Shown here: positions 37,419 to 46,335 of the stretch, in pieces
How positions within the stretch are numbered: position 1 is the first letter of the stretch
Layout: each line of letters begins with the position of its first letter
Origin: Nitrospirota bacterium
Lineage (GTDB): Bacteria; Nitrospirota; JACRHL01
DNA length: 64,000 nt
NCBI GenBank assembly: GCA_029881725.1
Contig: JAOUMB010000001.1
Location: 17,321 to 81,320, forward strand
Reading direction: 5' to 3'
Notes under the pieces: model-generated
What the model was told of the DNA's origin: nothing
What the model saw: the letters and a program-made list of their open reading frames with translations, nothing else
Database searches by the model: none
Position numbers and translations under genes: made by a program

Positions 37419-38334
37419 ACATCTTCCCCAATCCGCGCCTGACGGCAGTGCCCAGGTTTCTCAGGAAGGCCAGTGGCCACAGCGGATTGAACCGCAAACC
37501 CCGCATCGCATACCCGATCGCCCGGAACAGGCGCAAGGAGCGCAACGCATGGTTGACCGCGTCAGACGCAAACCGGGAATGAGCCTTCTGGAGGACCCGG
37601 CGAAAGGACGCGGGGAAACCGGAGCCTTCAAGATACTTTTCCGCCAGACCCATGTCCTCCTCCAACCGGGGAAGGACGCTGCCAGAAGAGCGGTTGATAG
37701 AAATGGAGCCTCCGTGCAGCAGGTAGTGGTAAACATCCCCGTCGAGACACGCGTGATTCGGATTCAACAGGGCCGCCCGCAAGAGCAAATCCCGGTCGGA
37801 CGCGACTGGAAACGATGTGTCAAACCCGCCGACGGTGTCCAGAAAGGCGCGGCGGAAAAAGCGGGCATTGATGACCACCGCCCCCTGGGCCAGCATTTCC
37901 GGGGCCATGGCGAGGCGTTCCGCTCCCGCATAACGCAGCAGTTCCTTCTGGTGTGTACCTTGCTGCTCCCACACCACCGCCGCCCCCGACACCATGTCCA
38001 GGTTCGGTTGCCGGCTGAGATAATCGGCAACCAGCTTGAACGCACCGGACGCATACCGATCGTCGGTATTCAACAGGCCCACCCATTCTCCGGTGGCGCG
38101 CGCAATTCCCTTGTTGATGGCGTCGTACAGCCCGTCGTCCGGTTCGGATACCACCTTCAGATGCGGATATTTCGCCAGCACTTCCAGTGTGCCGTCGGTG
38201 GAGCCGCCGTCCATGACGATGTGCTCGAAATTGGGATAATCCTGGGCCAGCAGACTTTCAATAGCCTCGGCCACAAAGTCCCGCCGGTTCAGGCACGGGG
38301 TGACGATGCTGATGCGGGGCAGCGAGCCGCTCAT
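37411..38334 (-). CDS. GT2 family glycosyltransferase (paralogue A of a tandem pair)
   Basis: Start at [56 protein letters not shown] is near-identical to the same block in the next gene. Confidence 0.8.
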   Translation of the reverse strand: [307 protein letters not shown]

Positions 38335-39239
38335 GCGCCCGCCCCCAGCCGCCGGCGCACATTCCTGAGTACCCGTCCCGAAAAATAGAACGGCCACCAG
38401 GGGTCGCACCGCCAGCCCCTGGCCGCATAGGCGATTGCCCGTGCCGGGTGGCCGTCACGCAGGGCGGCAAACACCCCGTCGGTGGCCGCATGGCCGTGCC
38501 AGCGGCGGCAAGCGGCGCGCACCGGTCCCGGAGTGCCGGGTGCGCGCAGGTAGCGGCGCGGGATTTCCAGGTATTCCTCAATCAGCCGCCCCGCCACCGG
38601 CGTGCGCAGGGCGAAGGTCAGGGATCCCGCATGACGGCGGTAGCGGTACACGGTTTGATCCACCTGCTCCCCGCGCACCCCGGCCATGTACACGCGCAGC
38701 AGGAATTCCCGATCGGCGGCGATGCGGAAATCCGTGTCGTACAGCCCCACCCGCGCATACACCCCGGCGCGGAAAAAGCGCGCGTTGATCATCGGCTCCC
38801 CCACCGTCACATGGTGCAGGGTGAGCGGCCCGTAGACGGGACCGGAATATTCCGCCACGGTGCACGCGCCGTCCGGCCCGTCCTCGAATTCCAGTGCGCC
38901 GCCCGCCACCATGTCGGCCTGGGGGGATTCGGCAAACGCGCGCGCGATGCACGCAAAGGCGCCGGGCACATACAGGTCGTCGCTGTTCAGGTGGCCTAAA
39001 ATCTCCCCCGTGGCCATGCGGATGCCCTTGTTGATGGCATCGTACAACCCGTCGTCCGGTTCGGATACCACCTTCAGATGAGGATACTTCGCCAGCACAT
39101 CCAGGGTACCGTCGGTGGAGCCCCCGTCCACGATAATATGCTCGAAGTGGGGATACTCCTGAGCCAGCACGCTCTCCACCGCCTCAGCAATCATTTCGCG
39201 CCGGTTCAGGCAGGGGGTGATGATGGAAATCGTAGGCAT
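38331..39239 (-). CDS. GT2 family glycosyltransferase (paralogue B of a tandem pair)
   Basis: Start at [52 protein letters not shown]. 4-bp overlap with the downstream paralogue. Confidence 0.8.
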   Translation of the reverse strand: [302 protein letters not shown]

Positions 39240-39332
39240 GGAAGCTCTCAAATGATCCGGGATATTCCTTCGCAAACAGGTCCTGTATATCGTCGGATTC
39301 GTGTGGGCGATGCGGATACGAAAAGCGTCTGG

Positions 39333-40268
39333 CTACCAGTCGTCTTCCGTATAAAAATGAGCAGATATGCTTCCAGTTTTTTCCCGAATGCGCGCAATTT
39401 CCTCGTCAGTCAAACGTTTTTTCCAGGAATGGATCAGGTTGGAACTGTCCCTCCGAATCTCATGCTTCCCCTCGGTTTCCGAAGGATTTTCCGCCGATGT
39501 GTGGGCACGTATCACGTTCCGAACCTCGGGAGACAGAGATTCTCCAAGCGCCTGAAATACATCGCTGAAGCCACCCTCCGGATCCCGGGAAATGTCTTCG
39601 TGGCGAATAAATATCCAGTCTGGATGTCGATCGCGGTACCCGCGAATGGTCTCATGAATCAGATTCCACAGCAGGCAACCTTGGTCCACTATATTCATGT
39701 CCTGCGCAGCAAACTGCTCCAATTCACCCTTGAATTCACCTGCCATATCGCGCATGAACAAAGGCTGCCGGGTAAAATGGTCGAACGGGTGGGGCCATTC
39801 CGCCTTCTTCAGGCTGGAAACAAACGCCGCTGGATGCCGGATCATGGCGACAACCTGCATGTTGAACCGGCGCGCCAGCCATTCCGCTGAAAAAATGGCG
39901 ATCGGATCCTTTAGCAGCGGGCGGCGTCTCTCTCTTTTAAATAAACGGAACTCACGCCATTCCCAAAGTATTTTCATCATTTGCTTTGGACCCAGGCGTG
40001 GCGCCTGTCGCAGCCTTTCCATCGTGGAAAACGAAAACGTAACCGTGTCACAAAGCGCTTCATCAACCATTTCCGCATTGTCATCACAAATATAGGTGAA
40101 CCAAAGCGGAACATCGGCCCGGAACTGACCTCGGGAGTGGTTCACGTTAAACGGTTCGTGGATATACCCGAAGCGTGGGGATGCACAAAGCATCCGGCCC
40201 ACCCAGGTGGTTCCCGAACGATGTGATCCGGTTACCAGTACCGGTGAGTTTGTCCTGCCAGCGTTCAC
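39333..40268 (-). CDS. PAPS-dependent sulfotransferase family protein
   Basis: 5'-PSB-like P-loop VLVTGSHRSGTTW and downstream 3'-PB-like region (RHPAAFVSS). Lies in a lower-GC patch inside the glycosyltransferase operon. Confidence 0.75.
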   Translation of the reverse strand: MNAGRTNSPVLVTGSHRSGTTWVGRMLCASPRFGYIHEPFNVNHSRGQFRADVPLWFTYICDDNAEMVDEALCDTVTFSFSTMERLRQAPRLGPKQMMKILWEWREFRLFKRERRRPLLKDPIAIFSAEWLARRFNMQVVAMIRHPAAFVSSLKKAEWPHPFDHFTRQPLFMRDMAGEFKGELEQFAAQDMNIVDQGCLLWNLIHETIRGYRDRHPDWIFIRHEDISRDPEGGFSDVFQALGESLSPEVRNVIRAHTSAENPSETEGKHEIRRDSSNLIHSWKKRLTDEEIARIREKTGSISAHFYTEDDW

Positions 40269-40280
40269 TCCACATTCTCC

Positions 40281-40991
40281 TTACCCATTGGGAACTCCGG
40301 TTTCGGCTCCCGAGCGCTTCCCAAAGACCTTTCGAAACTGAGCAATGTCCTGAAAAGCAGGCGAAAGGGCCCTCAATTCCTCTTCCGGCAACTCCCACCA
40401 GCGGCTCTCCAGAAGAAAGCGGATATCGTCTTCCTCAAACCGGTATCGAATCAGCCGTGCCGGGTTGCCACCCACGATGGCGTACGGCGGCACATCCTTG
40501 GTAACCACTGCCCCGGCGGCCACCACGGCGCCTGTGCCAATGGTTACGCCACCGGGAATTATTGCCCGGTTGCCAATCCACACGTCGTGGCCGATCTCGG
40601 TGGGCAGCGGATCTTCGTCAAACCCCGGCCGGGTCACAAACGAGCAGCGGCAACCCGAGTTGTCCACCGAAAAAAAAGCCGGATAGGTGGACACGAAATC
40701 CCGCGCCGGGTGGCGGAACATGCCGATCTGCACCTCCTGCCCGATGGAGCAGAAGCGGCCCGCCCGCACATTGACCAGAATGGCCCCCTGCGCGGCATAC
40801 GAAAAATCCCCCAACCCGCTCCGAACCAGCCTGCTACGGTCGTGCGCCACCGAATGCCGCCCCAGGGTGCTCTCGATCACCCGCGCCCCGGCGGCCACCC
40901 GCACATTGCGCTCGGGCGTCGTCTGCCACATTTCCCTTCCGGTCAGCAGTCCCACGCCGCGACGCAGAATCCGCAACAGTCTCCGTATCAT
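40281..40991 (-). CDS. Hexapeptide-repeat O/N-acetyltransferase (xenobiotic acetyltransferase XAT / CatB-like subfamily)
   Basis: Start placed at MIRRLLRIL. Left-handed beta-helix repeats ([53 protein letters not shown]), which are XAT-like. Confidence 0.75.
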   Translation of the reverse strand: MIRRLLRILRRGVGLLTGREMWQTTPERNVRVAAGARVIESTLGRHSVAHDRSRLVRSGLGDFSYAAQGAILVNVRAGRFCSIGQEVQIGMFRHPARDFVSTYPAFFSVDNSGCRCSFVTRPGFDEDPLPTEIGHDVWIGNRAIIPGGVTIGTGAVVAAGAVVTKDVPPYAIVGGNPARLIRYRFEEDDIRFLLESRWWELPEEELRALSPAFQDIAQFRKVFGKRSGAETGVPNG

Positions 40992-41004
40992 GGCGTCCTC
41001 CCCA

Positions 41005-42186
41005 TTATTTCGGGTCTCCGGCAATGCTCCGCCACAGTTTGCGAAACACGACCCGGATGACAAACCTGATGGCCGTGCGCGGCATGTATTTCGCGCAGAA
41101 TTCCTCGAACAGAAGGTGGTCGGACGGCGGTTTAAGGTTCGCGTCCCGCCGACACAGGATCAGGTCCTCCCCCTCAATCCCGTAGATGACGTTGGCAACC
41201 TCCGGTTTCATGCGCAACCCGAAACCCATCCGAGCAGTATTGCTCCTGCGTGTGGTCAGAACATATTCGGCGGCCACCTTGGAGAGGTCTTTCGAACCGT
41301 GCACGTCCACCGCATAGTCGTATCCCCGCAACCGGCCGGTGAGACGATTCAGCCGATCCGGGAGGATCTCGAAATGGGCGTCATACACCGCCACCGCCGA
41401 ATCCAGTGACTGAAACCGGAAAGGTGTTCCCTCCCGGGCCAGCGGCACCTGAAACATCAGGGTGGTCGACAGAAAGTGGGTCCCCGGTTCTCCTGTGTTG
41501 GTGGTCAGGCTTACTCGCGGAAAGACAAAATACCGGTCGCTCTCCACCATGTATTTGATAAAGCGCTTCAGCCACGAGCTGTCCGGCCAAGCGATGACCG
41601 AATCGGGCAACGGGTCGTCCTTGGATACCCCTTTTCCATCCCCATACCATTGCCGGAATGCGCTCCATTGGGTAGCGCTCCACGCCTGCCCCCAGGAGGA
41701 GGCAAACTGGATGAAAAACACGTCGCCCAGGTCGGGGACGGGGGAGAACGGCCTTGCCAGATAGGGAACCAGCGTGTGGCAATACAGCGAAATCCCGGCG
41801 ATGCGCGGGTCGTCACGGTAACTGTCCTGGGCATCCATCGTGTACCGGTAAAACGCGGGGGACACCAGCAGGTCATCCTCCAGGACGATAACCCCGCCGT
41901 ACTCCAGGGACAGGTCCCCACACGCGAGAATGTGCTCCCGCAGCCCCAGATTTTCCGGGTGTTCAATAATCCGTTTGGGGCCAAACCGCCAGTCAAACGC
42001 CCGTGCGGCCGTCGCCACCGCATCGGTATCGCTCTTGTCGATGCTGATGACCAGGGTCACCGGCTCCTCCGGATAGGCTGCCTGCGCCAGGGTACCCAGC
42101 AACCGGACGAGGGCGTCGGGGCGGTTATAGGCGGCCACCACAATGGCCGGGATTTTTCCGCTGTTCACGGTTTGTTGGTCGGTCAC
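41005..42186 (-). CDS. GT-A fold glycosyltransferase resembling eukaryotic-type N-acetylglucosaminyltransferase I (GnT-I / CAZy GT13-like)
   Basis: [22 protein letters not shown] ... [37 protein letters not shown] parallels the MGAT1 core (AVVVVACNRPEYL... VVEDDLEVAPDFFEYF...DPSLWCVSAW), including the EDD metal-binding motif. Assignment is from remembered family motifs, not a search. Confidence 0.6.
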   Translation of the reverse strand: MTDQQTVNSGKIPAIVVAAYNRPDALVRLLGTLAQAAYPEEPVTLVISIDKSDTDAVATAARAFDWRFGPKRIIEHPENLGLREHILACGDLSLEYGGVIVLEDDLLVSPAFYRYTMDAQDSYRDDPRIAGISLYCHTLVPYLARPFSPVPDLGDVFFIQFASSWGQAWSATQWSAFRQWYGDGKGVSKDDPLPDSVIAWPDSSWLKRFIKYMVESDRYFVFPRVSLTTNTGEPGTHFLSTTLMFQVPLAREGTPFRFQSLDSAVAVYDAHFEILPDRLNRLTGRLRGYDYAVDVHGSKDLSKVAAEYVLTTRRSNTARMGFGLRMKPEVANVIYGIEGEDLILCRRDANLKPPSDHLLFEEFCAKYMPRTAIRFVIRVVFRKLWRSIAGDPK

Positions 42187-42232
42187 GCGGCGCTCCCCCG
42201 GCGGCTGTGAATGGCTTGAATCCTCATGTCGA

Positions 42233-43159
42233 TTACCGGCCGATCAACATGGCAAGACGACCCACATAGTCCATCAATGGAGCGACTTCTTCGACCTGAT
42301 ACTGCTGCCAGTACGGATACCTTTCCCGATCTCTGAACCACACCTTGATCATGCCCTTGAAAACCAGTCTTCCTGCAGTCAGGAAAAACCGCCCAACCCA
42401 GTCTCGCCAACGCCAACCGTAATCTCCAAACAATACGTAACCTGACTTCCCGATCAGGTAACGAACCCTGAAATAATGGGGAACGGTCATTTTTCGGGGA
42501 GGCGCCAGGTGTTCCACCATCAATTCCGGATGGTAATACGCCTTTAACCCCGGTTTATATTCCCTGGCGTGGCGAATCAACAAGGTCTCCTCTCCAAACG
42601 CAAACGCATCCCCTTTTGGCCCGACCTCCGTATCAAACCCACCCAATTTATCAAGCAGGTCCTTCTGAAAAAACAGATTGGAGCCAGAAATATATTGTCT
42701 GTCATTCAGCCACCCCGGGGTATCCAGAACGCGGCGGATTTCATATTGGTCCTTAAACCACACAGGTCTGTTGGTCAGGTAAAACGGGTAGATCGATCCA
42801 CCGAAAATATCCGGCTCATGCTCGCGGATGATCTCAATCGCACGGCTGATCCAGTCGGGCATGGCACGGGCATCGTCATCCATGAACGCCACATAGGCGG
42901 CGCGCGCTTCGCGCCACCCTGCATTTCGGGCCACGCTGGCTCCCGGAACCGGCTCATCGATCACTTTGAAAAAAGGGTATTTAGCTGCATATTCCGCAGC
43001 AATTTCCGCAGTGTTATCGGTGCAATTGTTATTGACGATGATGACTTCATACTGGCCTTCGCATCCAACCTGCCGCACCAGCGAGTTAAAACAGCCGTCC
43101 AGAAGGTCCGCTCGATTATAGGTGGCCACCACCACGCTGATGATCGGGGTTCCACTCAT
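42233..43159 (-). CDS. GT2 family glycosyltransferase
   Basis: Start at MSGTPIISVVVATYNRADLL (ATG overlapping the upstream stop, ATGA). DXD-like FMDDDA. Lower-GC codon usage. Confidence 0.8.
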   Translation of the reverse strand: MSGTPIISVVVATYNRADLLDGCFNSLVRQVGCEGQYEVIIVNNNCTDNTAEIAAEYAAKYPFFKVIDEPVPGASVARNAGWREARAAYVAFMDDDARAMPDWISRAIEIIREHEPDIFGGSIYPFYLTNRPVWFKDQYEIRRVLDTPGWLNDRQYISGSNLFFQKDLLDKLGGFDTEVGPKGDAFAFGEETLLIRHAREYKPGLKAYYHPELMVEHLAPPRKMTVPHYFRVRYLIGKSGYVLFGDYGWRWRDWVGRFFLTAGRLVFKGMIKVWFRDRERYPYWQQYQVEEVAPLMDYVGRLAMLIGR

Positions 43160-44100
43160 TGGTTCCACAACTCCCTCTCAATCCATTTTCCCAGCCGGGC
43201 ACGAACCAGAGGAAACAGTCGGAATCCGGCCATGGAATCCAGAACCCCCGCAACGCTGGCCGGAGTACGGAAGGAGAAGAGGTCCAGTTTCATTGCCTTC
43301 AGAAAGTGGCTACGGGCTTCTGATATCTCACCCCCGGAATAAAGCTGTTCCGCACCGTGATAGTTGTGCCATGAGCGGATCCGACTCTCCTGACGCAACA
43401 CCCTCTGATCCCGGCACTGCCGAAAAAACCGTTCCAGAATCACCTCCCGTTCGCGCACAAACGGTATCCGGCTGCCACCGGTTTTGCTTTCATCATGCAG
43501 ACGAAACATCGCCAGGGGTTCATGCAGATACGCAAAATTAAAGGACAGGCTCGCCCGGTACCAGAAATCCACGTCCATCACGTAGTGAAGCGCCGGATCA
43601 AACGATTCCAGGGCATCCAAAACTCTGCGTCGGATAAACACGGTGGGTTGAAAGATAAAATTGCGGCACAATTGAACGGCCACATTAAATGGTCGGCTCT
43701 TCCACACCTGCTTTCGGCGCCCTTCTGCATCGATTACCGTCAAATCCGAATAAACCAGGTCCACTTCAGGGTGCTGCTCAAAATATTCCGCCACGCGCCA
43801 GAACGCGCCCGGCTCGTACAGGTCGTCCGAGTTCAGGTAGGCGACGATATCGCCGGTGCTCCTGCGCAACCCCTTGTTGATGGCGTCGGTCTGCCCGTTG
43901 TCCGGTTCGCTCACCCACCAGGCCAGCCGGTCCGCGTATTTTTCGATGACGTCGACGCTGTTGTCGGTGGAGCCGCCGTCCACCACCATGTATTCCAGAT
44001 TCGGATAATCCTGATCCAGCACCGAACGGATGGTTGCGTCCAGAAATTGTCCCTGGTTGAAGGACGGGGTGACGACGGAGATGCGGGGCATTTCAATCAT
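43156..44100 (-). CDS. GT2 family glycosyltransferase (third member of the ISxxTPxxN...VDGGSTD paralogue family)
   Basis: MIEMPRISVVTPSFNQGQFLDATIRSVLDQDYPNLEYMVVDGGSTDNSVDVIEKYADRL...YLNSDDLY shares the same block structure as the genes at 37411-39239. Confidence 0.8.
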   Translation of the reverse strand: MIEMPRISVVTPSFNQGQFLDATIRSVLDQDYPNLEYMVVDGGSTDNSVDVIEKYADRLAWWVSEPDNGQTDAINKGLRRSTGDIVAYLNSDDLYEPGAFWRVAEYFEQHPEVDLVYSDLTVIDAEGRRKQVWKSRPFNVAVQLCRNFIFQPTVFIRRRVLDALESFDPALHYVMDVDFWYRASLSFNFAYLHEPLAMFRLHDESKTGGSRIPFVREREVILERFFRQCRDQRVLRQESRIRSWHNYHGAEQLYSGGEISEARSHFLKAMKLDLFSFRTPASVAGVLDSMAGFRLFPLVRARLGKWIERELWNQ

Positions 44101-44106
44101 GCGGCG

Positions 44107-44988
44107 CTAGGAGAACAGGGAGTCGTAGTCGACCCGTTCAAACACATCCAGAAAACCGCCCTTGGTGGCGTTGTAAATACGAATTCCGTGCCGTTCGGCA
44201 TAGGTCCTTTGCCGGCGGTACCCTTCCCACATTCTGACCACGGCACTGGCCAGTTTGTCGTAGGGCCAGTCACCAACACCCGTATCTCCCGGTTGGGGGG
44301 GGAAGAAGTGCCGGTACCCTTCCTGGCCATATTTCAACCAATCATGGTCCATGCCGATCAGATAGATTTCACTGGCCCCCATGTACATCGCCAACTGGAT
44401 GCACATGACCGGCGTGGTTTGACACGAAGGCAGTGGACGGGTCAAGTCGAGTTCGAACCCTTCCACGGTGGGATCCACGTCCCCTCGCTGGTACAGATAA
44501 CGCAGATCCTTACCCGCAAACACGCCGCTTTCTTCCAGCGCCTGCCGGGCCTGCACCGGAACAAAATAGCTCTTTGCCCGCACCCGCTCGGATACACCGG
44601 AAACAAACTCCTGCACCCAGGGGTCGGACGCAATCTCCTTGATTTTCGGGTCCACCCCCACCCAATAGGTCGGGCTCCACCTGTCCAGCAGGGGTGAACG
44701 GTGGAACAGGTTGACCACAAAGGTGACTTCACCAAAAATGCGGGTCAGGTCGAGTTCGTTCAAGGAGGGTCCGTTGCCCAGAATAAAACAGCGCCGACCG
44801 TCCAGCGCCCCTTTGAGGTCGGCGTTGCGGCTCAGGGCTTTCCTTCCGCTGTCGCCAACCTCCTGGAGCCTCACTTCCTCCAGACGTTTCCGCTCCTGCG
44901 CTTGCAGCTTCCGATGGTGGGCCTCGACCAGGCCATGGGGCGTGATCCACCGGGCCATTCGGCGCATCGTTTGGGATATCCCTTTCAT
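44107..44988 (-). CDS. DUF115 / Maf (motility-accessory-factor)-like protein; candidate nonulosonic-acid (pseudaminic acid) transferase
   Basis: RCFILGNGPSLNELDL motif characteristic of the DUF115/MptE-like family, to which the Campylobacter Maf flagellin pseudaminyl-transferases belong. Start ATG overlaps the pseI stop (ATGA). Confidence 0.65.
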   Translation of the reverse strand: MKGISQTMRRMARWITPHGLVEAHHRKLQAQERKRLEEVRLQEVGDSGRKALSRNADLKGALDGRRCFILGNGPSLNELDLTRIFGEVTFVVNLFHRSPLLDRWSPTYWVGVDPKIKEIASDPWVQEFVSGVSERVRAKSYFVPVQARQALEESGVFAGKDLRYLYQRGDVDPTVEGFELDLTRPLPSCQTTPVMCIQLAMYMGASEIYLIGMDHDWLKYGQEGYRHFFPPQPGDTGVGDWPYDKLASAVVRMWEGYRRQRTYAERHGIRIYNATKGGFLDVFERVDYDSLFS

Positions 44989-46052
44989 TCAATCAGATCC
45001 CAGGATGCGGGGGTGCCGCGCCGAACACTACGGGTCACCCGCTTTCCCATCAATGTGCCAATGAACTTGGGGGGTAATCCATGTCCCGGTCGAATGGCAC
45101 GCAGGTTTTCCCCGGAAAAAGCCTCTCCCGCCTCCATATCCTTCACCACATAGAGAGAGCGTCGAAACCGGATGGAGGCCCGTTCTTTTTCGGTGGGGCC
45201 GTACGAAATGCTGCCCAATGCCTGCCAGGCCCGCTCACTTTCGACCACCAGCGCCTTCAGTTCACCCGGTTCCAGCGAAAAAGCGGAATCCACCCCGCCA
45301 TCGGCCCGCGCCAGGGTGAAGTGCTTTTCAAGGAGCGTGGCCCCCAACGCCACGCTGGCCACCGCCACCCCAACGCCCATCGTGTGGTCCGACAGCCCCA
45401 CCTGACAACCAAATAACTCCCGCATGTGGGGTATGGTGAGGATGTTGGTGTTTTCCGGGGTGGCCGGATAGCTGCTGGTGCATTTGAGCAGAATCAGGTC
45501 CCCGCAACCGGCCTCCCGCGCGGCGGTGACTGCTTCGTCCAGCTCGGCCACGGTGGCCATGCCGGTGGAGATGATCATCGGCTTTCCAGTGGCGGCCACC
45601 TTGCGGATCAAAGGCAGGTCGATATTCTCGAACGATGCGATCTTGTAAGCGGGAACGCCCAGTTCCTCCAGAAAATCCACGGCGGTTGCGTCGAACGGGG
45701 AACTGAACGCCACCAGCCCGCGCTCCTTGCACCGGTCCAGAATCGGCCGGTGCCATTCCCAGGGGGTATGTGCCTTCTGGTACAGGGCATACAGATTTTC
45801 TCCATGCCACAGGCTGGAGGGGTCATCGATGGCAAACTCCCCCTCCTTCAGGTCCAGGGTCATTGTGTCCGCGGTATAGGTCTGAAGCTTGAGCCCGTGC
45901 GCGCCCGCATCGGCGGCCGCATCGACAATCTCCAGCGCCCGCTCGAGGGACTGATTGTGGTTGCCGGACATCTCGGCAAGGACGAAGGGCGGATGAGCCG
46001 GCCCAACCGAAACCCCACCAACGGAGATGACTGTACTGTCTTTTTCCACCAT
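44985..46052 (-). CDS. pseI: Pseudaminic acid synthase (NeuB family)
   Basis: Start at MVEKDSTVISVGGVSVGP. FVLAEMSGNHNQSLERALEIVDAAADAGAHGLKLQTY, YKIASFE, LKCTSSYPA and GLSDHT motifs, plus a C-terminal SAF domain, closely parallel PseI/NeuB. Confidence 0.9.
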   Translation of the reverse strand: MVEKDSTVISVGGVSVGPAHPPFVLAEMSGNHNQSLERALEIVDAAADAGAHGLKLQTYTADTMTLDLKEGEFAIDDPSSLWHGENLYALYQKAHTPWEWHRPILDRCKERGLVAFSSPFDATAVDFLEELGVPAYKIASFENIDLPLIRKVAATGKPMIISTGMATVAELDEAVTAAREAGCGDLILLKCTSSYPATPENTNILTIPHMRELFGCQVGLSDHTMGVGVAVASVALGATLLEKHFTLARADGGVDSAFSLEPGELKALVVESERAWQALGSISYGPTEKERASIRFRRSLYVVKDMEAGEAFSGENLRAIRPGHGLPPKFIGTLMGKRVTRSVRRGTPASWDLIE

Positions 46053-46060
46053 TTCTCCTC

Positions 46061-46312
46061 TCACGCTCCGGATCGGGCTGGCACCACATGACGCATCAGA
46101 CAAAACGCTTCGGCAGCACCCGTGCCCACACTCGCTCCGCGCCAACGGGCCAAGTGTTCCACCGCTTCCCTGGAGCGAGCGTGTGGCCACGGTCTCATTT
46201 CCTCCTGGTAGCAATCCAGAGCCGCCAGCTTGATGGCCCCGCACGACGATACAACGTCAGCGAGAACCAGCGGAAAATCGGTAGCCACCACGTATGCCTG
46301 CTCGTCAGGCAT
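46061..46312 (-). CDS. Small hypothetical ORF (83 aa) filling the gap between pseG/H and pseI
   Basis: Start at MPDEQAYVVATDFPLVLADVV. Fills an otherwise unexplained 283-bp gap in a tightly packed operon. No motifs recognised; could be non-coding. Confidence 0.3.
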   Translation of the reverse strand: MPDEQAYVVATDFPLVLADVVSSCGAIKLAALDCYQEEMRPWPHARSREAVEHLARWRGASVGTGAAEAFCLMRHVVPARSGA

Positions 46313-46335
46313 CGTCTTTCGCTTTCCGCGGATGC

